DNA of 39,165 nt from an uncultured Lentisphaerota bacterium (GCA_903871765.1 CAIQIC010000214.1:1-39165), one strand, 5' to 3'; shown: positions 8,589-17,791, numbered from the stretch's first letter. Numbers and translations: made by a program. The notes: generated from the sequence alone by a model not told the origin.

Positions 8589-9036
8589 TGAAGAACTGCT
8601 GCACGAGGGCCGCGCATTCCTCCGCCAGGACGTCGGCGATGAATTCCGTCCGGTGGTTCAGCGCGTCGCTCTGCAGGATCTGAAAGCGCGAGACCGCCCC
8701 GCCGCGCAGCGGATCGGTCAGGCCCCAGATCACCAGCGGCAGGCGGGCCAGTACGATGGCGCCGGCGCACATCGGGCAGGGCTCCTTGGTCACGTACAAC
8801 ACCGCGTCCGTCAGGCGCCAATCGCCCACGGCGGCCGCCGCCTGGGTGAGGGCGATCATTTCGGCGTGCGCGGTGGCGTCCTTGAGCTGCTCGACCTGGT
8901 TGTGCGCCTGGGCGATCAGATGGCCGTCCCGGTAGATGGCCGCCCCGACGGGCACCTCGTCCTCGTCGGCGGCCAGCCGGGCCTGACGCAACGCCGCACG
9001 CATGTGCGCGCGGTGCAAGGCCATATCTTCCATCAT
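8566..9036 (-). CDS. tadA: tRNA-specific adenosine deaminase
   Basis: EVPVGA, DATAHAE, EPCPMCAGA zinc-deaminase motifs, FF..RR tail; RBS GGGGAG before ATG 9036. Confidence 0.9.
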   Translation of the reverse strand: MMEDMALHRAHMRAALRQARLAADEDEVPVGAAIYRDGHLIAQAHNQVEQLKDATAHAEMIALTQAAAAVGDWRLTDAVLYVTKEPCPMCAGAIVLARLPLVIWGLTDPLRGGAVSRFQILQSDALNHRTEFIADVLAEECAALVQQFFTTRRRNP

Positions 9037-9049
9037 CGCCTCCCCACGC

Positions 9050-11011
9050 TCAGGCGGGCAACTGAATGTGCCGGCGGATGGCCTCGACCAGGACCACGGG
9101 ATCGGAGCGGTCCAGGCGCTCCAGCACGCGTCCCCAGCGGAAGGCAAAGGCGCCGGGCTCGTTGCGTGAATGCAGTTTGAACAGCGTGTCGAAAGCGCGC
9201 CGGCGCTTGCGGTATTCCTGCTGGATTTGCGTGAAGCGCTCCAGCAGGGCGTCGAGATAGAGCCGGGCAAACTCCACGGGATCAGGCAGCAGCGCCAGGC
9301 GCCGGTTGACCGGCTTGGCGTAATCCGCGGCGAACTGGACGAGGTCGGTCTTGAAGTCCGTGAACGTGCCCGTGTGGTCGGAAACGATAATGTCCACGGG
9401 CAGTCCGGCGTGATCCTCGATGACCACCTCGTCGCCGTCGTCAAACAGCACCTGCTGCGTGTCCGTGGTCATGCGGCCGACCATGCTGTTGCTGGCCGCG
9501 GCACGGCCCAGCAGGCACGCCAGCCGCCGGTTGAACTCCGGCTGGGCATAGCGCGACGGGGGGATCTTGTCCGAGGCGATGCCGCGGACGTACTCCCGCT
9601 CAAAGTAGGTGGCCCAGATCAGGCGGCCGGCATATGTCCGGTTGGTGCCGCCGTAGCGCTCCATGACCTTCCGGGTGCTCACCTGCGTAGGCAGATTCAT
9701 GCCCAGTTGCCGGCAGCCGAGGCGCCGGTCGAGGATGTATTCCGTGTAGTCCTCCGACTCCATCACCGCCCAGCACAAGTCCTTGTTCTCGTCCAGATGT
9801 TCCCAGATGCCCCATTTCTGCACGCGGAGAATGCGGACGACGGCCTGCGGCTCGTTCTGGCGTTTCATCTCCGCGATATACACGCCGCGCCGTCCAATAA
9901 ACGCGCCGGCGCGCTTGGCCAGGGAAGTCACCACGCGGCCGATGTTGATGTACTCGACGTCGTTGAATTCCCGGAACATGTTGAACATGATGCCCTGGGC
10001 TCGATCGTCGCAGAGCAAACCCAGTTCGGCGTCTCCGGGATGTTTTTCATATTCGTCGAACAGCGGATCGAAAATCAGCTCGCCGTTGACGATGTAGCCG
10101 CCCGGCAGCCATTCGATCTGCATGAAGAATTCCGGGCTCAGGCCTAACAGGATTTCCTCGGGCGGCGCCTGGTCCCGCTGGCCCAGCAGGGTGGTGACCA
10201 TCGTGTTGCGCCAATCCAGGTCGTCCGGATGATCTTCCTGCAGCGCAGGTTTCACGGCCTGCCGGAACTGCTCCCGCATGGTCTGATAGGCCTGCTGCAG
10301 TTGTTCCGGCAGCAGGCCCGGCGGGTTGATGGTCAGCCAGTCGTGCAGGCGCAGGTCGGGCGCGGCGAAAAAGTCCACCTCCGGATTGTACATGCGATTG
10401 TGCCGGCTCGAGAGGTCGTGGATTTCCTGGAGCGCGGCGGCCAGCGCCGCCGGGGGCCGGTGCCCCAACTGGCAGAATTCATGATACGTCAGAAACTTGG
10501 TGCCGGTGATGTTGTTGTAGTAATACACCACGGGGGTGCTGACGCGGATGCGCGCGTCGCGAATCATCTGCTCCATTTCCACGGGGGTTTGCGGCAGCGG
10601 GTTGATGCGCCAGCATTCGCCGCGCTGCTTGATGGCCTGGCGCACCGGCGCCGTGGTAAGCATCAGAAAGCGGATGTGTTGCTTGGGGACCAACTCCTGG
10701 AGCAGTTCGTCCGCCTCGAACGCCAGCGCCATGTTGGCCGGGTCGGGGCGGATCAGGACGCGGTTGCCCTCCATGACCAGATCCACCGACTGCTGCCACT
10801 CGGCCACTTCCTCGTCGGAGGAGAGCGGCGGCCGCCCCTCGGCCCGCCGGCGTTCGTTAAGGTCCTGGATATACGCCATGCGTTGCGTCGCATGGATGCC
10901 GGGCAGCGTTACCAGCATGCCGGCTTTCGGGAAAATTGTGCCGATGCGGGACTTCAACTGGCTCTGTTCGTTGACGGCCAGGGGATGATCACCAAGAATA
11001 TGGAGTGTCAT
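9050..11011 (-). CDS. Conserved hypothetical protein; C-terminal half possibly protein-kinase-like fold
   Basis: 653-aa ORF from ATG 11011 with host-like codon usage; see findings for the motif alignment. Confidence 0.75.
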   Translation of the reverse strand: MTLHILGDHPLAVNEQSQLKSRIGTIFPKAGMLVTLPGIHATQRMAYIQDLNERRRAEGRPPLSSDEEVAEWQQSVDLVMEGNRVLIRPDPANMALAFEADELLQELVPKQHIRFLMLTTAPVRQAIKQRGECWRINPLPQTPVEMEQMIRDARIRVSTPVVYYYNNITGTKFLTYHEFCQLGHRPPAALAAALQEIHDLSSRHNRMYNPEVDFFAAPDLRLHDWLTINPPGLLPEQLQQAYQTMREQFRQAVKPALQEDHPDDLDWRNTMVTTLLGQRDQAPPEEILLGLSPEFFMQIEWLPGGYIVNGELIFDPLFDEYEKHPGDAELGLLCDDRAQGIMFNMFREFNDVEYINIGRVVTSLAKRAGAFIGRRGVYIAEMKRQNEPQAVVRILRVQKWGIWEHLDENKDLCWAVMESEDYTEYILDRRLGCRQLGMNLPTQVSTRKVMERYGGTNRTYAGRLIWATYFEREYVRGIASDKIPPSRYAQPEFNRRLACLLGRAAASNSMVGRMTTDTQQVLFDDGDEVVIEDHAGLPVDIIVSDHTGTFTDFKTDLVQFAADYAKPVNRRLALLPDPVEFARLYLDALLERFTQIQQEYRKRRRAFDTLFKLHSRNEPGAFAFRWGRVLERLDRSDPVVLVEAIRRHIQLPA

Positions 11012-11030
11012 GGCGCTGGTCTGAGGCAAC

Positions 11031-11180
11031 TCAGAACTTCTCCCAATACGGTTGCACATTGCGCGCGGTGGGCGCCAGACGGCCCGCCTCGACCAGCGCC
11101 TCCCGTTGCGCCCGGGTCACCGGCTCGGGACTGAATTTACGGACGCGGCACCGCGTCTTAAGCACCGTCATCGCATCCAT
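11031..11180 (-). pseudogene. Internally deleted nitroreductase remnant (49 aa)
   Basis: MDAMTVLKTRCRVRKFSPEPVTRAQREALVEAGRLAPTARNVQP-YWEKF*: nitroreductase N-terminal motif (RRSxRxF..APxAxNxQPW) joined to a WEKF* C-terminus; strong RBS AAAGGAGA; below the ORF-track length cut-off. Confidence 0.8.
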
Positions 11181-11216
11181 GCCCGCTCTCTCCTTTCGCG
11201 CACCAGAGCGAGCGCT

Positions 11217-11245
11217 ACTATAACCTGAATTCCAGTCCTGTCCAA
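11217..11245 (-). promoter_or_regulatory. Sigma70-like promoter for the nitroreductase remnant / hypothetical / tadA unit
   Basis: Minus strand TTGGAC-N17-TATAGT. Confidence 0.5.
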
Positions 11246-11261
11246 GCCGGATTGCCGGCGT

Positions 11262-12050
11262 TCACCGCAGCCCATACACGAGCAGCACGCCTCCGCCCAG
11301 CAGCAGGCGGTACAGCGCGAAGAGGCCGAATCCGCGGTGGTTTAGAAAGGCGAGCAGAAACCGGATGCTGAGCAGGCCGGCCACCGCGGAACAGGCCATG
11401 CCCACGGCCACAGGCGTCAGGGCCTGCTGCATCGCGAACAGGCTTTTGATCTTTACCAGGGCGGCGCCGGCAATGATCGGCGCGGACAACAGGAAGGAAA
11501 ACCGCGCCGCGGCTTCGCGGGTCAGTCCCAGACCTAAACCGGTGGTCATGGTGATGCCCGAGCGGGAAACGCCGGGGATGACGGCCAGGGTTTGCGAGAG
11601 GCCGATCAGCAAGCCGCGCCGCCAGCCGGTTTGACCGATGAGCAGGGCCTTGCGCCCCCGCCAGTCGGCCCAGAAGAGGATCACGCCCATCGCCATCAAC
11701 ATCACGGCGATCAACGCGGGCTGGCGGAACGTCGTTTCGACTTTGTGTTCCAGCAGCAGACCGATGACCGCGCCGGGGATGCAGGCCATGATGAGAATCC
11801 AGAAAAGCTGGCCGTCGGTGGTGCGGGGCGCCCGCACGCCGGCCAGCGCGAGACGCAGCCAGTCGCGCCAGAAGTACAGCGCGATGGCGATCAGCGTGCC
11901 CACGTGCAGGGCGACATCGAAGGCCAGGGAATGTTCCGGCCAGCGCAACAGCCAGGGGACGAGAATCAGGTGCGCGGAGCTGGAAATCGGCAAAAACTCG
12001 CCCAACCCCTGCACCACGCCGAGCACCGCCGCCTGCAGTATGGTCATCAT
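11262..12050 (-). CDS. uppP: Undecaprenyl-diphosphate phosphatase (BacA/UppP)
   Basis: GVVQGLGEFLPISSSAH and PGVSRSGIT..AARFSFLL signature motifs. Confidence 0.95.
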   Translation of the reverse strand: MMTILQAAVLGVVQGLGEFLPISSSAHLILVPWLLRWPEHSLAFDVALHVGTLIAIALYFWRDWLRLALAGVRAPRTTDGQLFWILIMACIPGAVIGLLLEHKVETTFRQPALIAVMLMAMGVILFWADWRGRKALLIGQTGWRRGLLIGLSQTLAVIPGVSRSGITMTTGLGLGLTREAAARFSFLLSAPIIAGAALVKIKSLFAMQQALTPVAVGMACSAVAGLLSIRFLLAFLNHRGFGLFALYRLLLGGGVLLVYGLR

Positions 12051-12255
12051 GTCAAATCCCCATGGTTCGCCCGCCGCCCGCCGGCGTGGACCGGCCCCGG
12101 CGGAAAGGCGAAAACACTAGGTTAAAATCCTGCCGCATTCAACTCCAACCTTGGCCGCAGTCACGTTCATCATAGCCAGCCGGCTGGGATGGGACCCCGG
12201 TTTTTTGAACAGATGCCGCAGATTGTCGGAATGAGGAAGGGCGCGGCGGTGCTTT

Positions 12256-12298
12256 CCAAGCTTTGGATAAATTGTTATTCTCTCATGCCAAGCTTTGG
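12256..12298. repeat. Pair of CCAAGCTTTGG quasi-palindromes 32 bp apart
   Basis: 12256-12266 and 12288-12298, just upstream of the RM gene. Confidence 0.7.
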
Positions 12299-12321
12299 AA
12301 CACCCACGGGAGCGCAGGCGC

Positions 12322-15309
12322 ATGGCGGAAGAAAAGGCGACGTTGTCCAGTTTTCAGGCCGAGGTGGGCCGACTGGTGGAATTGTTCGAGCGCAATCGCG
12401 CGCACTTTTCCGAAAAGGGCTATGACGAGGCCAGCCTCCGCAACGAGTTCCTCAATCCTTTTTTCCGCGCGCTCGGCTGGGACGTGGAGAACCAGGCCGG
12501 CCACATTCCCTCGCAACGCGAGGTCGAGCTCGAAAGTCGCACGGAAATCAGCGGCCGCCAGAAGCGCGCGGATTTTCTGTTTCGCGTAGGGGGCCGGGAA
12601 CGCTTTGTGTGCGAAGCGAAGAAACCCGGCGGGGTCCCGACGCCGTCGGCGGCCTTCCAGGCCAAACGCTATGCGTGGAACAAGAATTTACCCCTCGCTC
12701 TACTGACCGACTTCGTTTCGTGGCGGCTCTACCTCGTCGGCAGCAAGCCGCATCCGGACGAACCCGATCTCGGCCTCTGGAAGAGCTGGCAATTCCGCGA
12801 ACTGCCCCTCGCGGCGGACGAAATCTGGAAGCTGTTGAGCCGCGACAGCGTGGCCGGGGGCGTGATCGAACGCGAGATTGAGGCGCTGCCCATGAGACCC
12901 AGCGGTAAGGGCCGCGCCCAACAGCAATGGCTCATCAAGCCCGACCGCACGCGCGCGCTGGACACGGACTTCCTCAACTTCCTCGACGATGCCCGCCGCG
13001 AACTTGCGTCCGATTTGCTCAAGCATAACGACCGTGCCGACCTGCTCGAAGGCACCAAGCTCAACGAAGCTGTCCAGCACATCATTGACCGGGTGCTGTT
13101 CCTGCGCATCTGCGAAGATCGCGAGATTGACACCGGCAAGCGTCTGACCAGCTTCCTGCGCGGCGGGCGGGAGGGCGGCGCGTGGCGCAAACCGCGCCAG
13201 CCCGCGTTACTCGCCAGCGAGGCGCAGGCCACCTATGGCACGGACGCGCAGCCCAAGGCCCCGGCGCCCGAAGGCGCCATCTGGCGCAGCCTGGCGCGGC
13301 ACTTTGGCGAACTCGACCGCCGCCCGCCCACGCAGGTTCCGTTCTTCAACGGCAATCTCTTCAAGGAACATTTCTGCGAGGAATTGATCGTCGGCGACGA
13401 ATGGCTCGGTCGCTTCATCGCGGAATTGAGCGACGAAGAATCGCCCTACCTCTTCATCTATATCCCCGTTGAAATCCTTGGCACGATCTACGAGCGCTTC
13501 CTCGGCAAGGTCGTCCGGCCCCAGGGCCGCGGCGCGACCATCGAGGAGAAGCCGGACGTCCGCAAGGCCGGCGGCGTCTATTACACCCCGCGCTATATCG
13601 TGGACTACATTGTCGAGCAGACCGTGGGCAAACTGCTGGAAGGCCGGACGCCGGAAGCGAGCTTGAAGCTAAAGATTCTCGACCCCGCCTGCGGTTCCGG
13701 CAGCTTCCTCATCCGCGCCTTCGAGCGGGTTTGCGAGCACTGGCAGGAATGGCTGACGCGGAATCCGCAGAAACGCCGCCGCGCGTGGTGCTGGACCGAC
13801 CCCGCGACCAACGACGTGCACCTGACCAGTGCCCTCAAGCGCCGGATCCTGACCAGCACCATCCATGGCGTGGACCTCGACGCCGCCGCCGTCGAAGTCA
13901 CACAGCTTTCGCTCTACCTCAAGATGCTGGAAGACGAGAACCGCACCACCCTCCAGCGCGAACGCGAACTCTTCGGCGGCGACGAACCCATCCTGCCGCC
14001 GCTGGAAAACAATATCAAAAACGGCAACTCCTTGATCGCCTCCGATTTCTCCATGATCCCCGAAGACCTCGTCCGCGTCCATGCGTTCGACTGGCCCGTC
14101 CAGTTCAAGGAAATCATGCAAAATGGTGGTTTCGATGCGATCATCGGCAATCCGCCGTACATTCTCCTTCAAACGATGGAGGAGCGTACAGTTTTTTCGT
14201 ACATTAGCGGAAAATACAGGGCCGCGAAGTACAAGATCGATACGTATCAAGTCTTTATGGAACGAGCGCTCTCGTTGATCAAAGAACAAGGTTTGTTCGG
14301 ATTTATTACACCCAATAGTTTCCTGAGGAACAAGCATGCAATTGAATTACGCTCACTAATCCTTAAAACAACTGAGGTCGCCGCTTTGCGAACATTCTAC
14401 TACCCAGTTTTCAAAGGAGCCAGTGTCGATACTTGCATCCTGATAGCTAGGAAGGTAGGGCATCCAAATCCAGTCACTAGAATAACTGTTATGTCATCGG
14501 AAACCCCCAGTCAGGCCAGCACCCTGACAGTACAACAACAAAGGTGGCAATCGCACCCCCAGAAGAATTTCTTTATGCCAGGCCCGGGAGCGACAGATGA
14601 ATTGGTGGAAAAAATACGAAATAGATCGGATTCTCTTGGAGAGGTTGCAACTGCATACTTCGGCATTCAAACCTTTGATCGTGATAAATATGTTACAGAA
14701 AGAAAGCGCCTCAAGGTACACAAGCCGATAATAGACGGCGGCAATATTCAGCGTTATGACCTGCTTCCAGGGAGCGAATTTGTAGACTTTCGACCTTCGG
14801 CAATTAAGAGCGGTGGCAATGCGCAGGTCTACGAGAACGAACGAATCGGTGTACGCCAAATCGGTAAAACACCGATCGGAACGATCATTCCGGCGGGAAT
14901 ATATTCGCTCAATACGATCTACAATATTTATTTTATAAAACCCACGAGGTTGAGCCTGCGTTTTGTCCTAGCTTTGATCTCATCGTCGACAGGACGCTGG
15001 TATTGGGAACATTGTTTCTTCGATCAGAAGGAGACCTTTCCAAAGGTCAAAAAAGATTCGCTTCTTTCCTTTCCTATTCCTCGACTTGACTCGGGGAAGG
15101 CGGAAGATTATGAGCACCATGATCGGATTGTCAGCTTGGTGGACAAGATGCGGTGTTTGATGCCGGGGCTTCGTATGGCGAAGTCGGAGAGCGAAAAGCA
15201 GACGTTGCAGAACGCGGTGGATGCGACCGACCGGGAGATTGATCAACTGGTGTATGAACTCTATGGACTCACCAAGGAAGAAATCGCGCTTGTCGAAGGC
15301 GGGCGGTAA
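12322..15309 (+). CDS. Type IIG-like (Eco57I/TaqI-type) fused restriction endonuclease, N6-adenine methyltransferase and TRD
   Basis: N-terminal nuclease motif RADF..CEAKK; GVYYTP; motif I ILDPACGSGSFL; motif IV IIGNPPY; C-terminal TaqI_C-like TRD and DREIDQLVYELYGLT tail. Confidence 0.9.
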   Translation: MAEEKATLSSFQAEVGRLVELFERNRAHFSEKGYDEASLRNEFLNPFFRALGWDVENQAGHIPSQREVELESRTEISGRQKRADFLFRVGGRERFVCEAKKPGGVPTPSAAFQAKRYAWNKNLPLALLTDFVSWRLYLVGSKPHPDEPDLGLWKSWQFRELPLAADEIWKLLSRDSVAGGVIEREIEALPMRPSGKGRAQQQWLIKPDRTRALDTDFLNFLDDARRELASDLLKHNDRADLLEGTKLNEAVQHIIDRVLFLRICEDREIDTGKRLTSFLRGGREGGAWRKPRQPALLASEAQATYGTDAQPKAPAPEGAIWRSLARHFGELDRRPPTQVPFFNGNLFKEHFCEELIVGDEWLGRFIAELSDEESPYLFIYIPVEILGTIYERFLGKVVRPQGRGATIEEKPDVRKAGGVYYTPRYIVDYIVEQTVGKLLEGRTPEASLKLKILDPACGSGSFLIRAFERVCEHWQEWLTRNPQKRRRAWCWTDPATNDVHLTSALKRRILTSTIHGVDLDAAAVEVTQLSLYLKMLEDENRTTLQRERELFGGDEPILPPLENNIKNGNSLIASDFSMIPEDLVRVHAFDWPVQFKEIMQNGGFDAIIGNPPYILLQTMEERTVFSYISGKYRAAKYKIDTYQVFMERALSLIKEQGLFGFITPNSFLRNKHAIELRSLILKTTEVAALRTFYYPVFKGASVDTCILIARKVGHPNPVTRITVMSSETPSQASTLTVQQQRWQSHPQKNFFMPGPGATDELVEKIRNRSDSLGEVATAYFGIQTFDRDKYVTERKRLKVHKPIIDGGNIQRYDLLPGSEFVDFRPSAIKSGGNAQVYENERIGVRQIGKTPIGTIIPAGIYSLNTIYNIYFIKPTRLSLRFVLALISSSTGRWYWEHCFFDQKETFPKVKKDSLLSFPIPRLDSGKAEDYEHHDRIVSLVDKMRCLMPGLRMAKSESEKQTLQNAVDATDREIDQLVYELYGLTKEEIALVEGGR

Positions 15310-15330
15310 GATCGCCGTTGTAGAAAGAAC

Positions 15331-15353
15331 GCCGCGTAGGATACGCGGCCTAC
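15331..15353 (-). repeat. GTAG-footed REP hairpin
   Basis: Reverse complement GTAG-GCCGCGTA-TCC-TACGCGGC, about 20 bp after the RM stop; same architecture as 5927-5949. Confidence 0.7.
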
Positions 15354-15823
15354 AGCACGGGGATTTTAGCCCCACGGTCATCTGCCATGCTTTCGCCTGG
15401 CCGGAGGTGCTGCTGCCCTGGGTGATTGCGGAATGCGTCTGCCAGGAAGTTTCGGTTTTCCTGGGGATCCAGATGCCACGGCGCTATGCGCGGTGGCTGA
15501 CGGCCAAGGCCGAGGTTTGTTTCCAGAAGCACCGCTATTTCCGTCGCCGGATGCGGGCGAGCGGCAATGTGCCGCGTGATCAACTGCGGGTGTATATGCG
15601 GCACTGGCTTTCGGCTTTGCTTGGCACCGAGCGGCGCGACCTCTGGTTTTGCCTGCCACAAAGCTTTGACCTTGGCCATCCGCTGCCGCCCGGACAGCAG
15701 CCGCGCCAGAACCGCCGCACCTCCGGCTCGTTGCCGCATCCCCGTCGCTGGCGGCCGGAATTGGTCCTGAAAAACCGCCGCTGGCAATGGCTGGCAGGCT
15801 GCTCCGCAGCTTCCGCGGCCTGA
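15350..15823 (+). CDS. Basic hypothetical protein, start uncertain (ATG 15472, or 5' end lost)
   Basis: Open frame with protein-like composition (YARWLTAKAEVCF..LRVYMRHWLSALL); no clear start or RBS after the RM stop. Confidence 0.4.
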   Translation, partial: LQHGDFSPTVICHAFAWPEVLLPWVIAECVCQEVSVFLGIQMPRRYARWLTAKAEVCFQKHRYFRRRMRASGNVPRDQLRVYMRHWLSALLGTERRDLWFCLPQSFDLGHPLPPGQQPRQNRRTSGSLPHPRRWRPELVLKNRRWQWLAGCSAASAA

Positions 15824-15854
15824 AAAGAAATAATAGTCCGCCCAACCTGGCGGC

Positions 15855-16691
15855 TCACGGGTTGGGCGCTACCGGGGGCGCCTGGAGCAGGTAGCCCAAC
15901 TGGCGCAGCCGGTTGGGATGCAGGAACAGGATCAGCAGGCCGCCGATCAGGTTGCCCAGCGTGACGGCCAGGAGGCTCTTCAGCATGATGGTCTGGCCCG
16001 CGAACGGCACGCCCTTGGCCAGCAGCCCCGCGGAGACCAGGAACATGTTGGCCACGCAGTGCTCGAAGCCGCAGGCGACGAACAGCATGATCGGCAAGAC
16101 GCAGCAGACGATCTTGGAAATGATGTCTTTCGCCATCGTGGCCATGATGATGGCCAGAATCACCAGGATGTTGCACAGGATGCCCCGGAGCACGCCGGCG
16201 CCGAAGCTCAGCGCCAGCTTGTTCTCGGCCACCTTCACCGCCAGTTGGCCGAGCGCGTTGAGGCCCCCGGCGGTTTCGTACAGACCGCTGCCCCAGATCG
16301 CCAGGGCGAGGGCGTAGGCGCCGATGAAATTGCCCGCATAGACCGTCAGCCAGTTGCGCAGCACCCGCGTGAACGGGAACTGCCGCGTCACGGCGCCGAC
16401 CGCCATGATGATGTTGCCCGTGAAGAGCTCCGCGCCGGCCACCACCACCAGCACCAGGCCGACGCTGAAAGCGGCGCCGGCGGCGATCCGGCCCAAGCCC
16501 TGCTCCAGGGCCACCAGGCTGACTTGACCGCCCAGGCCGATATAGAGGCCGGCCAGGATACCCAGCATCAGCAACTGCCAGAGCCGGTCGTTGGCCTTCT
16601 TGATGCCGAGCACGGAGATTTTCCGCGAAAACTCCCGGCCGGAAAGGGTGGGGCTGTAAGCGCGGGCCGGATCGCTGGAGTTTGGTTGCAT
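15855..16691 (-). CDS. Formate/nitrite transporter (FNT family)
   Basis: GILAGLYIGLG, GAELFTGN, GILCNILV, FEHCVANM motifs; 6 TM segments. Confidence 0.92.
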   Translation of the reverse strand: MQPNSSDPARAYSPTLSGREFSRKISVLGIKKANDRLWQLLMLGILAGLYIGLGGQVSLVALEQGLGRIAAGAAFSVGLVLVVVAGAELFTGNIIMAVGAVTRQFPFTRVLRNWLTVYAGNFIGAYALALAIWGSGLYETAGGLNALGQLAVKVAENKLALSFGAGVLRGILCNILVILAIIMATMAKDIISKIVCCVLPIMLFVACGFEHCVANMFLVSAGLLAKGVPFAGQTIMLKSLLAVTLGNLIGGLLILFLHPNRLRQLGYLLQAPPVAPNP

Positions 16692-16772
16692 CCGATACCT
16701 CTACCGTGGCATCAACCCTGACGGAACCTGCCCGCCGGAAGCCCGGTGCGCGCAGGAATCAGGCCAGGGGGA

Positions 16773-17750
16773 CTATGGTTGCGCCGCCGGATTATTCGTT
16801 GTCCATTTGCCGTCATCCGCCGGCTTCATCTGCTTCCACACGTCGGCGGGGTCCCGGCTCATGCCCGGCACCAGCGCCTTGTGCAGCAGCAGGTCCGGCG
16901 CCGACAGCGGGACACAGGCCTTGAAATAGGCGACGCACCGGGCGACGTTGCTCATCAGCTCGGGGTTGTTGTTCTCGTACTCGATGGAGACCACGCCCGA
17001 GAATTTCTGGCGCTTCAGCTCGGCCAGCATGGCCGGCATGTGCGACACGCCGGTGCCCCAGGGCACGTCATGGGCGTTGGGGCCTTTCCAGCTCAGATCC
17101 TTGAGGTGCAGGCTGACGATCCGGCCCTCGAGCTGCTTCAGGCAGGCGAGCGGATCCAACCCCGAGCGCAGCCAGTGGCCCGTGTCGGCGCAGGCACCGA
17201 GGCGCCGGCTGCGGTCCTTGACCGCGGCGAGGACGATCTCGGGATTCCAGTAGGGGGATTCCTTGGGATGGTTGTGGATGGCGATGTTGATCTTGTACTC
17301 GGCGCAGAGCTTGTCCACCAGTTCCATCTGCGCGGCGTTCGGTTCGGAGACGATGGTTGCGATGCCCATCGCCTTGGCGAAGTCGAACAGCTTGCGCCAC
17401 TCCGCTTCGTCGCCGGCGTTGGCCACGCCAAAGTTGACCAGCGTCACGCCGGCGGCCTTGAGCTTTGCGAGCACCTGTGCGCGCTGGGCGGCGTCCAGGT
17501 CGGGGGTCATGCTCCCCTCGATGTCGCCGCCGATTTTCTGGCCGGGGAACGCCTCGATGAGCTTCACGCCGAGCGCGGCGGTGCGCTCGACCGCTTCGAG
17601 GAACGTCAGGTTGTTGAAGGTCCACGCCTGCATGGCGAGCTGCAGGCCCGGCTTGGGCGGCGGCGTGGCGACCGGCGTCGGTTGCGGTCCCGGGCCGGTG
17701 CAGCCGGCCAGCGTGATGACAGCGAGCAGCGCGAGTGATGTCCGTTTCAT
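16773..17750 (-). CDS. Sugar phosphate isomerase/epimerase (xylose-isomerase-like TIM barrel), lipoprotein
   Basis: Lipobox LAGC; IAIHNH, CADTGHW, LHLKD, SIEYE motifs; start at ATG 17750 (MKRTSL). Confidence 0.85.
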   Translation of the reverse strand: MKRTSLALLAVITLAGCTGPGPQPTPVATPPPKPGLQLAMQAWTFNNLTFLEAVERTAALGVKLIEAFPGQKIGGDIEGSMTPDLDAAQRAQVLAKLKAAGVTLVNFGVANAGDEAEWRKLFDFAKAMGIATIVSEPNAAQMELVDKLCAEYKINIAIHNHPKESPYWNPEIVLAAVKDRSRRLGACADTGHWLRSGLDPLACLKQLEGRIVSLHLKDLSWKGPNAHDVPWGTGVSHMPAMLAELKRQKFSGVVSIEYENNNPELMSNVARCVAYFKACVPLSAPDLLLHKALVPGMSRDPADVWKQMKPADDGKWTTNNPAAQP

Positions 17751-17791
17751 AAGCCATTCCTTGGGGTTGTCGGATGCGGTGGCACGCAGGG

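Noticed and set aside
8566-9036. Deaminase as an anti-phage or toxin effector
   Set aside because: Length and motifs are those of ordinary housekeeping TadA
12144-15856. Direct repeats bounding the RM gene (CCAACCTTGGCCGC near 12145 and CCAACCTGGCGGC near 15842)
   Set aside because: Short and imperfect; compatible with chance in GC-rich DNA
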